From NCBI RefSeq assembly GCF_963921235.1, contig NC_086097.1, positions 217,746,001-217,810,000 on the forward strand: a stretch of DNA of 64,000 nucleotides, written 5' to 3'. The notes beneath the pieces were generated by a model. The model was given only the letters and a program-made list of their open reading frames with translations, was not told where the DNA came from and made no database searches. This DNA is from Mobula hypostoma (Eukaryota). The stretch's first letter is position 1. The number at the start of each line of letters is the position of its first letter. The position numbers and the translations under genes are program-made. Below, in pieces: positions 1 through 11,280 of this stretch.

Positions 1-22
1 TCAAATATGTGCATGTCTATAG

Positions 23-195
23 GATAATTAGCCTTTGTAAATTGCCACCCAAGTGAATGGTCCCATCTGAGATGGCTTTCTGGGGGGTCAGGGGGTGAAG
101 TGATGGGAATATGAAGAGAAAAAAATGGGACTGGTGTAGGATAGATGAGTGGTCAGTGTGGAATTGGTGGGGTACAGCCTCTTTCCATGCTGAGG
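23..195 (+). mobile_element. Degenerate HE1-like SINE, 3' part
   Basis: taattagcctttgtaaattgcc...tggtcagtgtggaattggtggggtacagcctctttccatgctg resembles the HE1 SINE core plus its CR1-derived tail, from memory. Confidence 0.5.
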
Positions 196-1230
196 TCAGA
201 ACATCAATTGTCTTTGTTTAAAAGCTATTAAGAACAACTAGACAAGCTACTATAACCAAATCATAGAACCAATATACCTATTCAGATCTTATTTTTAAAT
301 TTCAACTAAAAATATTAAGAAGACCTACAAATAATTTATATCTGCTGCAGACAGTTCACAATATTGAGATCAAGGCAATCACTTCATTCATTACACATAT
401 TAATGCAGAAGTACTTATTTGTACCAGATGCACAGAATTTATTTTGTATCTAAACAAGTGTTTGCAGTATCAACTAGTTAGATTTGCTTTTGCTTCTCTG
501 AGGTGCAAGGGTGGAACCTAATTTGTAGGATGTTAAGCATTTTTATTATTAAACACAAATTGACCAATTTACTCCACTTCCAAAGCCACAACATCTGAAA
601 ATGCACAGTCTGCCCTGGAAATCTTAATTTAGCACATTAGCACTATGTCATGTCCCAATTTCACTAAGTCAAAATCAAAATACTCTCAAATTTCAGTTTA
701 AGGAGGGCATCTTGCATAGCTGGAATAAGTACAGATTTTTATAATTCTTGAACATAATGCACATTGAAAAAGCCAGAAACTACAAACAAAATATAGTAAA
801 ATATTCATACCTATTGTGATGAATTATGACATAATAAACTATTTCCATGATAAAAGAATTTTAACATTTCACTTTAAAAACACTCACACTTTACAACCTC
901 ACCCCTTCTGAACACTTTGCTCTCCACTTCCTCCGCACTAATCCTAACCTCACCGTCAAAACCGCAGATAAAGGGAATGCTGTAGTAGTCTGGTGGATTG
1001 AACTCTACCTTGCTGAGGCCCAACGACAACTTTCAGATACCTCCTCTTACTTACTCCTCAAAAAGGATCCCTCCAAGGAGCGCCAGGCTATCTTCTCCCA
1101 CACTATCACTGATCTTATTAGCTCTGGGGATCTTCCATTACTGCCACCAACCTCATAGTTCCCGAACTCCGTACCTCCTGTTTCTACCTCTTACCCACGA
1201 TCCACAAATCCGCTTGTCCAGGTAGACCCA

Positions 1231-3721
1231 AACAAGAGGAAATCTGCAGATGCTGGAATTTCAAGCAACACACATAAAAGTTGCTGGTGAACGCAGCAGG
1301 CCAGGCAGCATCTCTAGGAAGAGGTACAGTCGAAGTTTCGGGCCGAGACCCTTCGTCAGGACTAACTGAAAGAAGAGCTGGTAAGAGATTTGAAAGTGGG
1401 AGGGGGAGGGGGAGATCCAAAATGATAGGAAAAGACAGGAGGGGGAGGGATGGAGCCAAGAGCTGGACAGTTGATTGTCAAAAAGGATATGAGAGGATCA
1501 TAGGACAGGAGGTCTAGGGAGAAAGAAAGGGGGAGGGGGGAAGCCCAGAGGACGAACAAGGGGTATAGTGAGAGGGACAGAGGGAGAAAAAGGAGAGAGA
1601 AAAAGAATGTGTGTATATAAATAAATAAATAACGGATGGGGTATGAGGGGGAGGTGGGGCATTAGCGGAAGTTAGAGAAGTCAATGTTCATGCCATCCGG
1701 TTAGAGGCTATCCAGACGGAATATAAGGTGTTGTTCCTCCAACCTGAGTGTGGCTTCATCTTTACAGTAGAGGAGGCCATGGATAGACATATCAGAATGG
1801 GAATGGGACGTGGAATTAAAATGTGTGGCCACTGGAAGATCCTGCTTTCTCTGGCAGACAGAGCATAGGTGTTCAGCGAAACGATCTCCCAGTCTGTGTC
1901 AGGTCTCGCCAATATATAGAAGGCCACATCGGGAGCACCAGACGCAGTATATCATCCCAGCCGACTCACAGGTGAAGTGTCGCCTCACCAGAAAGGACTG
2001 TCTGGGACCCTGAATGGTAGTGAGGGAGGAAGTGTAAAGGCATGTGTAGCACTTGTTCCGCTTACAAGGATAGGTGCCAGGAGGGAGATCGGTGGGGAGG
2101 GATGGGGGGGACAAATGGAGAAGGGAGTCATGTAGGGAGCGTTCCCTGCGGAAAGCAGAGGTGGGGGGGGGGAGGGAAAGATGTGCTTAGTGGTGGGATC
2201 CCATTGGAGGTGGCAGAAGTTACGGAGAATTATATGTTGGACCCGGAGGCTGGTTGGGTGGTACGTGAGGACAAGGGGAACCCTATTCCTAGTGGGGTGG
2301 CAGGAGGATGGAGTGAGAGCAGATGTGCGTGAAATGGGGAGATGCGTTTGAGAGCAGAGTTGATGGTGGAGGAAGGGAAGCCCCTTTCTGTAAAAAAGGA
2401 GGACATCTCCTTTGTCCTGGAATGAAAAGCCTCATCATGAGAGCAGATGCGGCGGAGATGGAGGAATTGCAAGAAGGGGTTGGCATTTTTGCAAGAGACA
2501 GGGTGAGAAGAGGAATAGTCCAGATAGCTGTGAGAGTCAGTAGGCTTATAGTAGACATCAGTAGATAAGCTGTCTCCAGAGACAGAGACAGAGACAGAAA
2601 GATCTGGAAAGGGGAGGGAGGTGTCGGAAATGGACCAGGTAAACTTGAAGGCAGGGTGAAAGTTGGAGGCAAAATTAATGAAGTCAACAAACTCAGCATG
2701 CGTACAGGAAGCAGCGCCAATGCAGTCGTCGATGTAGTGAAGGAAAAGTGGAGGACAGATACCAGAATAGGTTTGGAACATAGATTGTTCCACAAAGCCA
2801 ACAAAAAGGCAGGCATAGCTGGGACCCATATGGGTGCCCATGGCTACACCTGTAGTCTGGAGGAAGTGGGAGGAGCCAAAGGAGAAATTATTAAGAGTAA
2901 GGACTAATTCCGCTAGACGGAGCAGAGTGGTGGTAGAGGAGAACTGGTTAGGTCTGGAATCCAAAAAGAAGCGGAGAGTTTTGAGACCTTCCTTATGGGG
3001 GATGGAAGTATATAGGGACTGGACATCCATGGTGAAAATAAAGCAGTGGGGGCCAGGGAACTTAAAATCATTGAAAAGTTTCAGCGTGAGAAGTGTCACG
3101 AACATAGGTAGGAAGGGATTGAACAAGGGGGGATAAAACAGTGTCGAGGTATGCAGAAACGAGTTCGGTGGGCAGGAGCAAGCTGAGACAATGGGTCTAC
3201 CTGGACAGGCAAGTTTATGCATCTGGGGTAGGAGGTAGAAACGGGAAGTGCGGGGTGTGGGAACTATCAGGTTGGTAGCAGTGGATGGGAGATCCCCTGA
3301 GCGGATAAAGTCGGTGATGGTGTGGGAGACAATGGCCTGGCGCTCCTTAATGGGGTCAGGATCGAGGGGTAAATAAGAGGAGGTATCCGCAAGTTGTTGC
3401 TGTGCCTCGGCAAGGTAGAGGTCAGTACGCCAGACTACAACAGCGCCCCCCCTATCGGCGGGTTTTATAGTAAGGTTAGGATTAGTGCGGAGGGAGTGGA
3501 AAGCAGAGTATTCGGAAGGTTGGAATGGGAACAAAGTGTGGTGAACTCGAGACGGTTGATGTTCTGTTGGCAGTTTGCAATAAAGTGATCCAGAGCAGGC
3601 AGAAGACCAGAGCGGGGTGTCCATGAAGAGGAGGGTTGAAGACGGGAGAAGGGGTCATCGGTGGGGGTGGGAGTGTCCTTGCCGAAGAAGTAGGCTCAGA
3701 AACGGAGCCGGCAGAAGAGTT
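1231..3721 (-). mobile_element. Younger Penelope-like element inserted antisense into the older copy
   Basis: ORF 2230-3624 has RT motifs (PADRGGAVVVW, MDVQSLYTSIPH, GVAMGTHMGPSYACLF, YIDD, DVYYKPTD). ORF 1899-2114 has a Cys-rich linker PCKRNKCYTC and GIY-YIG IYC...LYIGET. Flanked by 12-bp TSD CAGGTAGACCCA (1219-1230, 3722-3733). Confidence 0.92.
1328..1363 (-). ncRNA. Minimal hammerhead ribozyme motif in PLE terminal repeat (stem III mutated)
   Basis: Minus strand reads AGTC CTGACGA AGGG TCTCGG CCC GAAA CTTC GACT. Confidence 0.7.
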
Positions 3722-5510
3722 CAGGTAGACCCATTGTTTCAGCTTGTTCCTGTCCCATTGATCTCATATATGCATACCATGACTGTATTTTCTTTCCCCA
3801 CCTAGTTCAGTGTCTTCCTACCTACATCTGTGACACTTAACATGCTCTGGATCTTTTCAATGATTTCAAGTTCCCTTGCCCCCATCATCTTATTTCCACT
3901 ATGGACGTCCAGTTCCTATACACCTCCATCCCCCACCAGGAAGGACTCAAAGCTCCCTATTTCTTTCTGAACACCAGACTCAACCAGTTCCCCTCCACCA
4001 CTACTCTCCTCTGTCTAGCGGAACTTGTCCTCAGTCTTAATTATTTCTCTTTTGGCTCCTCACACTTACTTCAAACAAAAGGTAGCCATGGGCACTCACA
4101 TGGGTCCTAGGTATGCCTGCCTTTTTGTCGGTTATGTTGAACAGTCCATGTTCCAAGCCTACACTGGTGTCCGTCCCCCACTTTTCCTACACACATTGAC
4201 AGCTGCATTGGTGCTGCTTCCTGCACCCATGCTGAGCTAGTCAGCTTCATCAACTTTGCCTCCAACTTCTGCCCTGCCCTCATATTTAACTGATCCATTT
4301 CCAACACCTCCCTCCCCTTTCTCAATCTCATTGTCTCTATCTCTGGAGACAGCTTATCTACTGATGTCTGTTATAATCCCATGGACTCTCACAGCTACCT
4401 AGACCATATCTCTTCCCACCCTGTTACTTGTAAAAACGCCACCCCTTTCTCTCAATTCCTCCAGCTCTGCCGCATCTGCTCTCAGGATGAGGCTTTTCAT
4501 TCTAGAACGAAGGAGATGTCCTTCTTTTTCAAAGAAAGGGGCTTCCCTTCCTCCACGATCAACACTACCCTCAATTGCATCTCTTCCATTTCACACACAT
4601 CTGCTCTCACCCCATCCTCCCGCCACTCTACCAGGGATAGGGTTCCTCTTGTCCTCACCTATTGCCCCACCATCCTCCGCATCCAGCACATAGTTCTCCG
4701 GAACTTCCGCCAACTCCAACGGGATCCTTCCACCAAACACATCTTTCCCTCCCCGCTTCCAGTTTCTGCTTTCCACTGAGATTGCTGCCTATGCAATTCC
4801 CTTGTCCATTCATCCCACCCCACTGATCTCCCTCCCAGCATGTAACCTTGCAAGCGGAACAAGTGCTACACCTGCCCCTACACCTCCTCTCTCGCTACCA
4901 TTCAGGGCCCCAAACGGTCCTACCAGGTGAGGCAACACTTCACTTGTGAGTCTGTGAGGGTGATATACTGTGTCTGGTGCTCCCAGTGTGGCCTCCTGTA
5001 TATTGATGAGAGCCGGCATAGATTGGGAGACCGTTTCACCGAACACCTACACTCCATCTGTCAGAAGAAGTGGGATCTCCCAGTGGCCACCCGTTTTAGA
5101 TCCACTTTCCATTCTGATATGTCAATCCATGGCCTCCTCTACTTTTGCAATGAGGCCACACTTAGGTTGGAGAAACACCTTATATTCCATCTGGGTAGCC
5201 TCCAATCTGATGGCATGAACATCGATTTCTTGAATTACCGGTAATGACCCCCCCTTTCCTTCACCATTCCCCATCCCCTTTTCCCTCTCTCATCTTATTC
5301 CTTGCCTGCTCATCGCCTCCCTCTGGTGCTCCTCCCCGCTCTTCTTTCTTCCATGGCCTTCTGTCCTCTCCTATCAGATACCGCCCCGCCCCCCCTTCTC
5401 CAGCCCTGTTCCTTTTTCACCAATCAACTTCCCAGCTCTTTATTTCATCCTTCTCCCTCCTGGTTTCACCTATCACTTGTGTTTCTCTGCCCCCTTCCTC
5501 CAGTTTTTAA

Positions 5511-6700
5511 ATGTATAAGACCATAAGACAAAGGAGCAGAAGTTGGCCATTCGGCCCATTGAGTCTGCTCCGCCATTTTATCATGAGCTGATCCATTCTC
5601 CCATTTAGTCCCACTCCCCCCGCCTTCTCACCATAACCTTTGATGCCCTGGCTACTCAGATACATATCAATCTCTGCCTTAAATACACCCAATGACTTGG
5701 CCTCCACTGCTGCTCATGGCAACAAATTCCATAGATTCACCACGCTCTGGCTAAAAAAATTTCTTCGCATTTCTGTTCTGAATGGGCGCCCTTCAATCCT
5801 TAAGTCATGCCCTCTCGTACTAGACTCCCCCATCATGGGAAACAACTTTGCCACATCCACTCTGTCCATGCCTTTCAACATTCGAAATGTTTCTATCAGG
5901 TCCCCCCTCATTCCTCGAAACTCCAAGGAATATAGTCCAAGAGCGGACAAACCTTCCTCATATGTTAACCCTCTCATTCCCAGAAACAATCTAGTGAATC
6001 TTCTATGTACCCTCTCCAATGTCAGCACATCCCTTCTTAAATAAGGAGACCAAAACTGCTCACAGTACTCCAAGTGAGGTTTTACCAGTGCCGTATAGAG
6101 CCTCAACATCACATCCCTGCTCCTATACTCTATTCCTCTAGAAATGAATGCCAACATTGCATTCGCCTTCTTCACTACCGACTCAACCTGGAGGTTAACC
6201 TTAAGGGTATCCTGTACAAGGACCCCCAAGTCCCGTTGCATCTCAGAACTTTGAATTCTTTCCCCATTTAAATAATAGTCTGCCCATTTATTACTTCTGC
6301 CAAAGTGCATAACCATACACTTTCCAACATTGTACTTCATTTGCCACTTCTTTGCCCATTCTTCCAATCTATCCAAGTCTTTCTGTAGACCCTCCGTTTC
6401 CTCAGCACTACTGTCCCCTCCACCTATCTTTGTATCGTCAGCAAACTTAGCCACAAAGCCATCTATTCCATAATCCAAATCGTTGATGTACAATGTAAAA
6501 AGAAGCAGCCCCAACACGGACCCCTGTGGAACACCACTGGTAACTGGCAGCCAACCAGAATAGGATCCCTTTATTCCCACTCTCTGTTTCCTGCCAATCA
6601 GCCAACGCTCTATCCACGTTTGTAACTTTCCCGTAATTCCATGGGCTCTTATCTTATTAAGTAGCCTCATGTGTGGCACCTTGTCAAAGGCCTTCTGAAA
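5511..6700 (-). mobile_element. 5'-truncated CR1 LINE (RT and 3' end)
   Basis: ORF 5714-6679 with [15 protein letters not shown] and YCEQFWSP. 3' tail (TATGGTCT)n. Interrupts the PLE 3' region, with AAAT at both junctions. Confidence 0.92.
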
Positions 6701-7156
6701 ATCTACTCATCTTCTTTTTCTCCAGTCCTGCCGAAGGGTCTTGGCCCAAAATATCAACTGTTCTTTTTTCCTTAGATGCTGCCTGGTCTGCTGAGGTGCC
6801 AGCATTTTGTGTGTGTTGCACACTTTACATAGAATGGTCAAATGCATAGTTAATGGGAAGATGTATATGACTTCTCAATGTAAAAAACATCCTTATGGAC
6901 AAATGAATGTACAGTAGACGTTGTAACAGAATGCTATCTGGAAATAATTGGAACAAGACCTAGCAACATATGTATTTAGTTTTTATCAGATAAAGATTAA
7001 CCAGAACCAAGCTGCTTGTATAAAAGTTTAACTAACATGTACAACATTAACTTGTGCAAAGACAAAGGCTTTTATCACCAAAACAGAAATGATAATGCTA
7101 CCAGTGATGAATGACTTTCCTAAAATAGTGGATGTGATAGGCTATAAAATCCTTCT

Positions 7157-7194
7157 CAGCACAGCACAGCACAGCACAGCACAACTCAGCACAG
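7157..7194. repeat. (CAGCA)n pentanucleotide microsatellite
   Basis: cagcacagcacagcacagcacagcacaactcagcacag. Confidence 0.85.
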
Positions 7195-7829
7195 AGAAAC
7201 CTGAAACCTGTCCAGGAAACCAAAATGTATTGATCCATCAAAGAATCAGCACACTGATCTCATAATAAAGACAACAGCAAAAGTAATCTTTTAAAAACAA
7301 ATTCAGAGAGAAAATTAAAACAGTTTAGCGAAGTGTATAGTAGGGATTTCCTAAATAATCAAAGTTAGACCACAACATCTCACTTACTGCAATTCAAGGA
7401 ATAACAGATTATTTTTAATTTAGAACAACTTTCAATACTTCAGAACAATCGTGTAGGAAGTATTACCAGCAACAGATAATAAACAAATTATCACATTAAA
7501 CTAAACCAATGTCAAATTATATTTCACAAGGAAAAGAATCTTATTGAGGTAAACAATCATAAGTCTCATAAATCTTGGTGTGATCAAAGGGCTATGATGA
7601 AGCCAAGTCCACCCACCCTTAATGTCATAGAATTCATGGTCATAAAGTTTTGGATGAAAAATACTTCAAATTAGTATCAACAGTTGCATATAATTTTTCC
7701 TGATGGTGGTCAGGATTTTGCAGTCTCACATATAGAGGATATTATCTTTATTTAACTATGGACAGCTATAACAAACACTTCCTGTATTTGTTTCTTACAA
7801 AAAGTAATAAAACATACATGGTACTCTAC

Positions 7830-7872
7830 CTTGGACAGAGAAGGCAGCAGCAAAAATTCCACTGGTTCTGAT
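7830..7872 (-). CDS. PPP1R42: Candidate small PPP1R42 exon
   Basis: 43 nt, acceptor tgttttcattccttatag| and donor AAG|gtagag. Phase 2 entry matches the previous exon and gives G-SEPVEFLLLPSLSK. No homology support. Confidence 0.45.
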
Positions 7873-8819
7873 CTATAAGGAATGAAAACAAGCTTGGGCT
7901 TTCTTGGAGTGACATTTTTTAACTAAAATCATACTGAATTATTTTAAAGAATAGCTGCACTATATTTACAAATGAACAAATAGCAAAATCAATGATTATA
8001 AACATTTAATGATGTTACAATATACTTAGCTGGCAAGTGACAATCCTCTGGTAAAATTTAATTTGACTTTTTAAAAAGATTTGGTTTGTGTGTGTACCTT
8101 CATACAAAGATTATGCTGAGAGCAATGTAAGGTAATACAAATCTAACATCAAATACACGTGGCAGCAGCAGATATCTTTTCCAAGTTAGGATTGGTGCAG
8201 CAGTCAAAGACTGAACAAGGCTGTGCAAGCTTGATCTCCAATATGCTTTTAAACAAATAACTTATCATCATTTTAGGCTGTCTTATTTCCACTTGCATAA
8301 CTTGACCCAACTTCATCCTCTGTCTTAGATAATCTAGACTCAATAACACTAGATATTTCTAACTACCATTAGCTACACTTAAAATTGAGGAGCAATTATT
8401 AGCATTATGACCTGCAAAGCCTGATTTGCATGGTAATTAATTGGAATTAGACCCTTGAAGCTCAGCAAGTATGCGCCAATTGCGGAGTCTCGTCTGTTTT
8501 CTGGAGATAAGCACTGTCTTAATAAAAGGGAAAAAAATTCTAAGATACTTCATGCAATCAGAGGACTGTATAGAGACAACCAATTGCCTGGAGACATATA
8601 CAGTACAGGCTAGATCAGATAAGAAAGGTAGATTTCCTTCCCTCAAGAACATTGGTGAATCAAATAAGATTTATACACTCCAGCAGTTTCATTACAATTT
8701 TCTATCAATACCAATAGTAGATTTTTTTTTGCTCCAGATTTATTTAACTTAATTAATGAAATCCAAGCAACACACACAAAATGCTGGAGGAACTCAGCAG
8801 GCCAGGCAGCATCTTATAT

Positions 8820-9705
8820 GACTTCAACATAATATTCCATCTCCTGATTTATGAAGGCCAATGTGTCAAAAGCTTTCTTTACGACCCAATCTACCTGTGA
8901 CACCACTTTCAATGAATTATGGACCTGTATTCCCAGATTCCTTAGTTCTACACACTCTTCTGTGCTCTACCATTCATTGTGTAAGACCTACTCTGGTTGG
9001 TCCTACTAAAGTGCAACATCTCCTATGTGTTGCATTAAATTGCATCTGCCATTTTCCAGACCATTTTCCCAGCTGGTCCAAGCCATGATAGCTTTCCTCA
9101 CTGTCCACTACACCCCAGACTTGGTGTCATCTCAAATTTGCTGATCCAGTTAACCACATTTTCACCCAGGTCATTGATATAGATGACAAACAACAACAGA
9201 CCTAGCTGTGATCCCTGCAACACTCCACTAGTCACAGGCCTCCAGTCAGAGGGACAACCATCTACTACCACTCTCTGGCTTCTCCCGCTAAGCCAATGTC
9301 TCATCCATTTTACTACCTCATCTTGAATGCTAAGTGACTGAAATTGCTTGACCAACCTCCCACATGGGACCTTGTCAAATGCTTTGCTGAAGTCCATGAA
9401 GACAACATCCTTCATCAACTTTTCTGATAACTTCCTCAAAAAACTCTAAGATTAGCTTGACATGACCTACCACACACGAAGCCATGCTGACTATCCTTAA
9501 TCAGTCCATATCTATCAAAATACTTATATATCCGGTCCCTTAGAATACCTTCCAATAACTTTCCCACAACTGATGTCAGACTCACCGGCCTATAATTTCC
9601 TATTTTCTGTTTAGAGCCCTTTTTAAACAGCGGAACAACATTGGCTATCCTTTAATCTTCTGGTAACTCTCCTGTCACTAAGGATGTTTTAAGTAGCTCT
9701 GCTAG
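8820..9705 (-). mobile_element. Degenerate CR1 RT fragment
   Basis: ORF 9098-9439 has [15 protein letters not shown] and SGVLQGSQLG. Confidence 0.85.
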
Positions 9706-10015
9706 GAGAACTCTTCAATGGAACTGTAAACAGTTTGGAAAATATTGACGGGAGTTCTCATTTTGCCTCAACTTGCTTCTAACAAATCCAATGATTTGAA
9801 AGATGGGCTAAAGGCATATTGATCTCTAGTATTTAATTTTTGTTCAAATGGGAACTTGACATAAAATTACGGCATAAATTGATGCATTCCAGCTAATTGA
9901 ATGATAGGCATGGTTATCAGCTGGAAAAGAAAACTTGCATTTACTTAGCATTTTATCTGACTGGAAGAGTCCAAACATTTTAAAGGCAATTAATTAACTC
10001 TGAGGTGCAAAGAAT

Positions 10016-10296
10016 AACACACACAAAATGCTGCAGGAGCTCAGCAGGTCAGGCTGTGTTTATGGATGGAAAGGAAAAGTCGACATTTTGGGTCAAGGCT
10101 CTTATTCAGAACTGGAAAGGAAGGAGGCAGAAGTCAGAATAATATTATAAAGTGATGGAGGGAGTACGTGCTGGTAGATGACAGGCGAGACGAGGTGACG
10201 GGGAGAATGTATGGGTGGGGGAGACCTTCTGAGTTTCCCCAGCAGTTTGTGTGTGTTGCTCAAAATTTCCAGCATCTGAAGAATAGCTTGTGTTTC
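10016..10296. mobile_element. PLE terminal-repeat remnant, two copies in inverted orientation
   Basis: Begins acacacacaaaatgctgcaggagctcagc (minus copy, decayed hammerhead at 10078-10113) and ends ctgagtttccccagcagtttgtgtgtgttgctcaaaatttccagcatctg (plus copy). Confidence 0.65.
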
Positions 10297-10589
10297 AGAG
10301 GTATAGAGTATATTGTAACGTTGAAAGAGTGATGTTGAGTTAGTGAAATAGCATAGACTTTCAAATTAATTCAGGTAGAATTTATAATTTGCCTTGCAAA
10401 TGTGGCCAAATTCAGCTTTTCTTGGCAGATATAGCACTTACAAGACATTCCAAATGGTCCAGCCTAGCAGGCACCAGTACACACCTCTGCCCAGCACGAC
10501 ACACCTCTAATCAATATTTAAGTAGAATGGGTCAACCCTGGAGGCAACTAGTGGATTTTTCTCAATCTAAAGATCAGGATTGAGCCCCT

Positions 10590-10695
10590 ATGTAAATCTG
10601 TTTCTAGATAGGTCTCATTAGTCACCTCAGTACCCACAAAACTGGACTAGAAGTAAGTCTTCCCTGATCACAAGACACTGCCTCAGAAAAAGATA
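10590..10695 (+). mobile_element. RTE-like LINE 3' end remnant
   Basis: ataggtctcattagtcacctcagtacccac (IGLISHLSTH, C2H2-like end of RTE ORF) followed by a short 3' UTR and a purine-rich tail. Confidence 0.5.
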
Positions 10696-11280
10696 ATCAT
10701 GACAAAGATAAATTCAAAGGATATTAAAGGAACTGTTATGACAAAAGTGGCAAATATTCTATTGGAGGCTTCAAAATGCATTTCAGCCCATTAACAAGAA
10801 CCAGAGATAAAAATAGAAAATGCTGGAAAAACTGTCTGTAGAAGAAGAAAATGTTATATTTTCTTTTGTGACGGTGCCTGACCCGCTGACCTTACCAACA
10901 TTTTCTGCTTTTACTTCAGATTTCAACAACTGTAGTATTCTTGATCAACAGGAACCAGAGAACTAAAAACAATTAGGTGAAGAAATTGGAACAAAATAGA
11001 AATAGAAAACTGTTTTATGTCTGTCTATCTATCTATATCTATATATCCCACCATTTGTCATGCATTTTCATGTTTGCTCTTCCCGACTGCATTTCCTCTT
11101 ATTTTCTTGGATGAATCTAATTTGTCACCTTTGAGCCCTTTGTGTGCTAGGCTGTTTCTAACTTTCAGCAGCAGAGAACTTTAATCCATACAACTGATCA
11201 CAATGCCAATTTTGGGATCATTTAGTAAACTTCTTAATCATTATCACTACAGCTAAAATTCAAATCATTAATTAAACTCT

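Larger units (their letters stand above)
890..6820 (+). mobile_element. Old Penelope-like element (RT, GIY-YIG, 3' repeat) split into 890-1230, 3722-5510 and 6698-6820
   Basis: RT fragments (KTADKGNAVVVW; GRPIVSACSCP; TMDVQFLYTSIPH; VAMGTHMGP), GIY-YIG ORF 4927-5244 (IYCVWCSQCGLLYIDES), pyrimidine-rich 3' region and terminal repeat. Interrupted by two later insertions. Confidence 0.88.

Noticed and set aside
4288..4296. In-frame TGA in the PLE RT, suggesting selenocysteine as in some Naiad PLEs
   Set aside because: It replaces TGG (Trp) of the sister copy (FTWSIS) in a copy full of other lesions, so it is an ordinary mutation.
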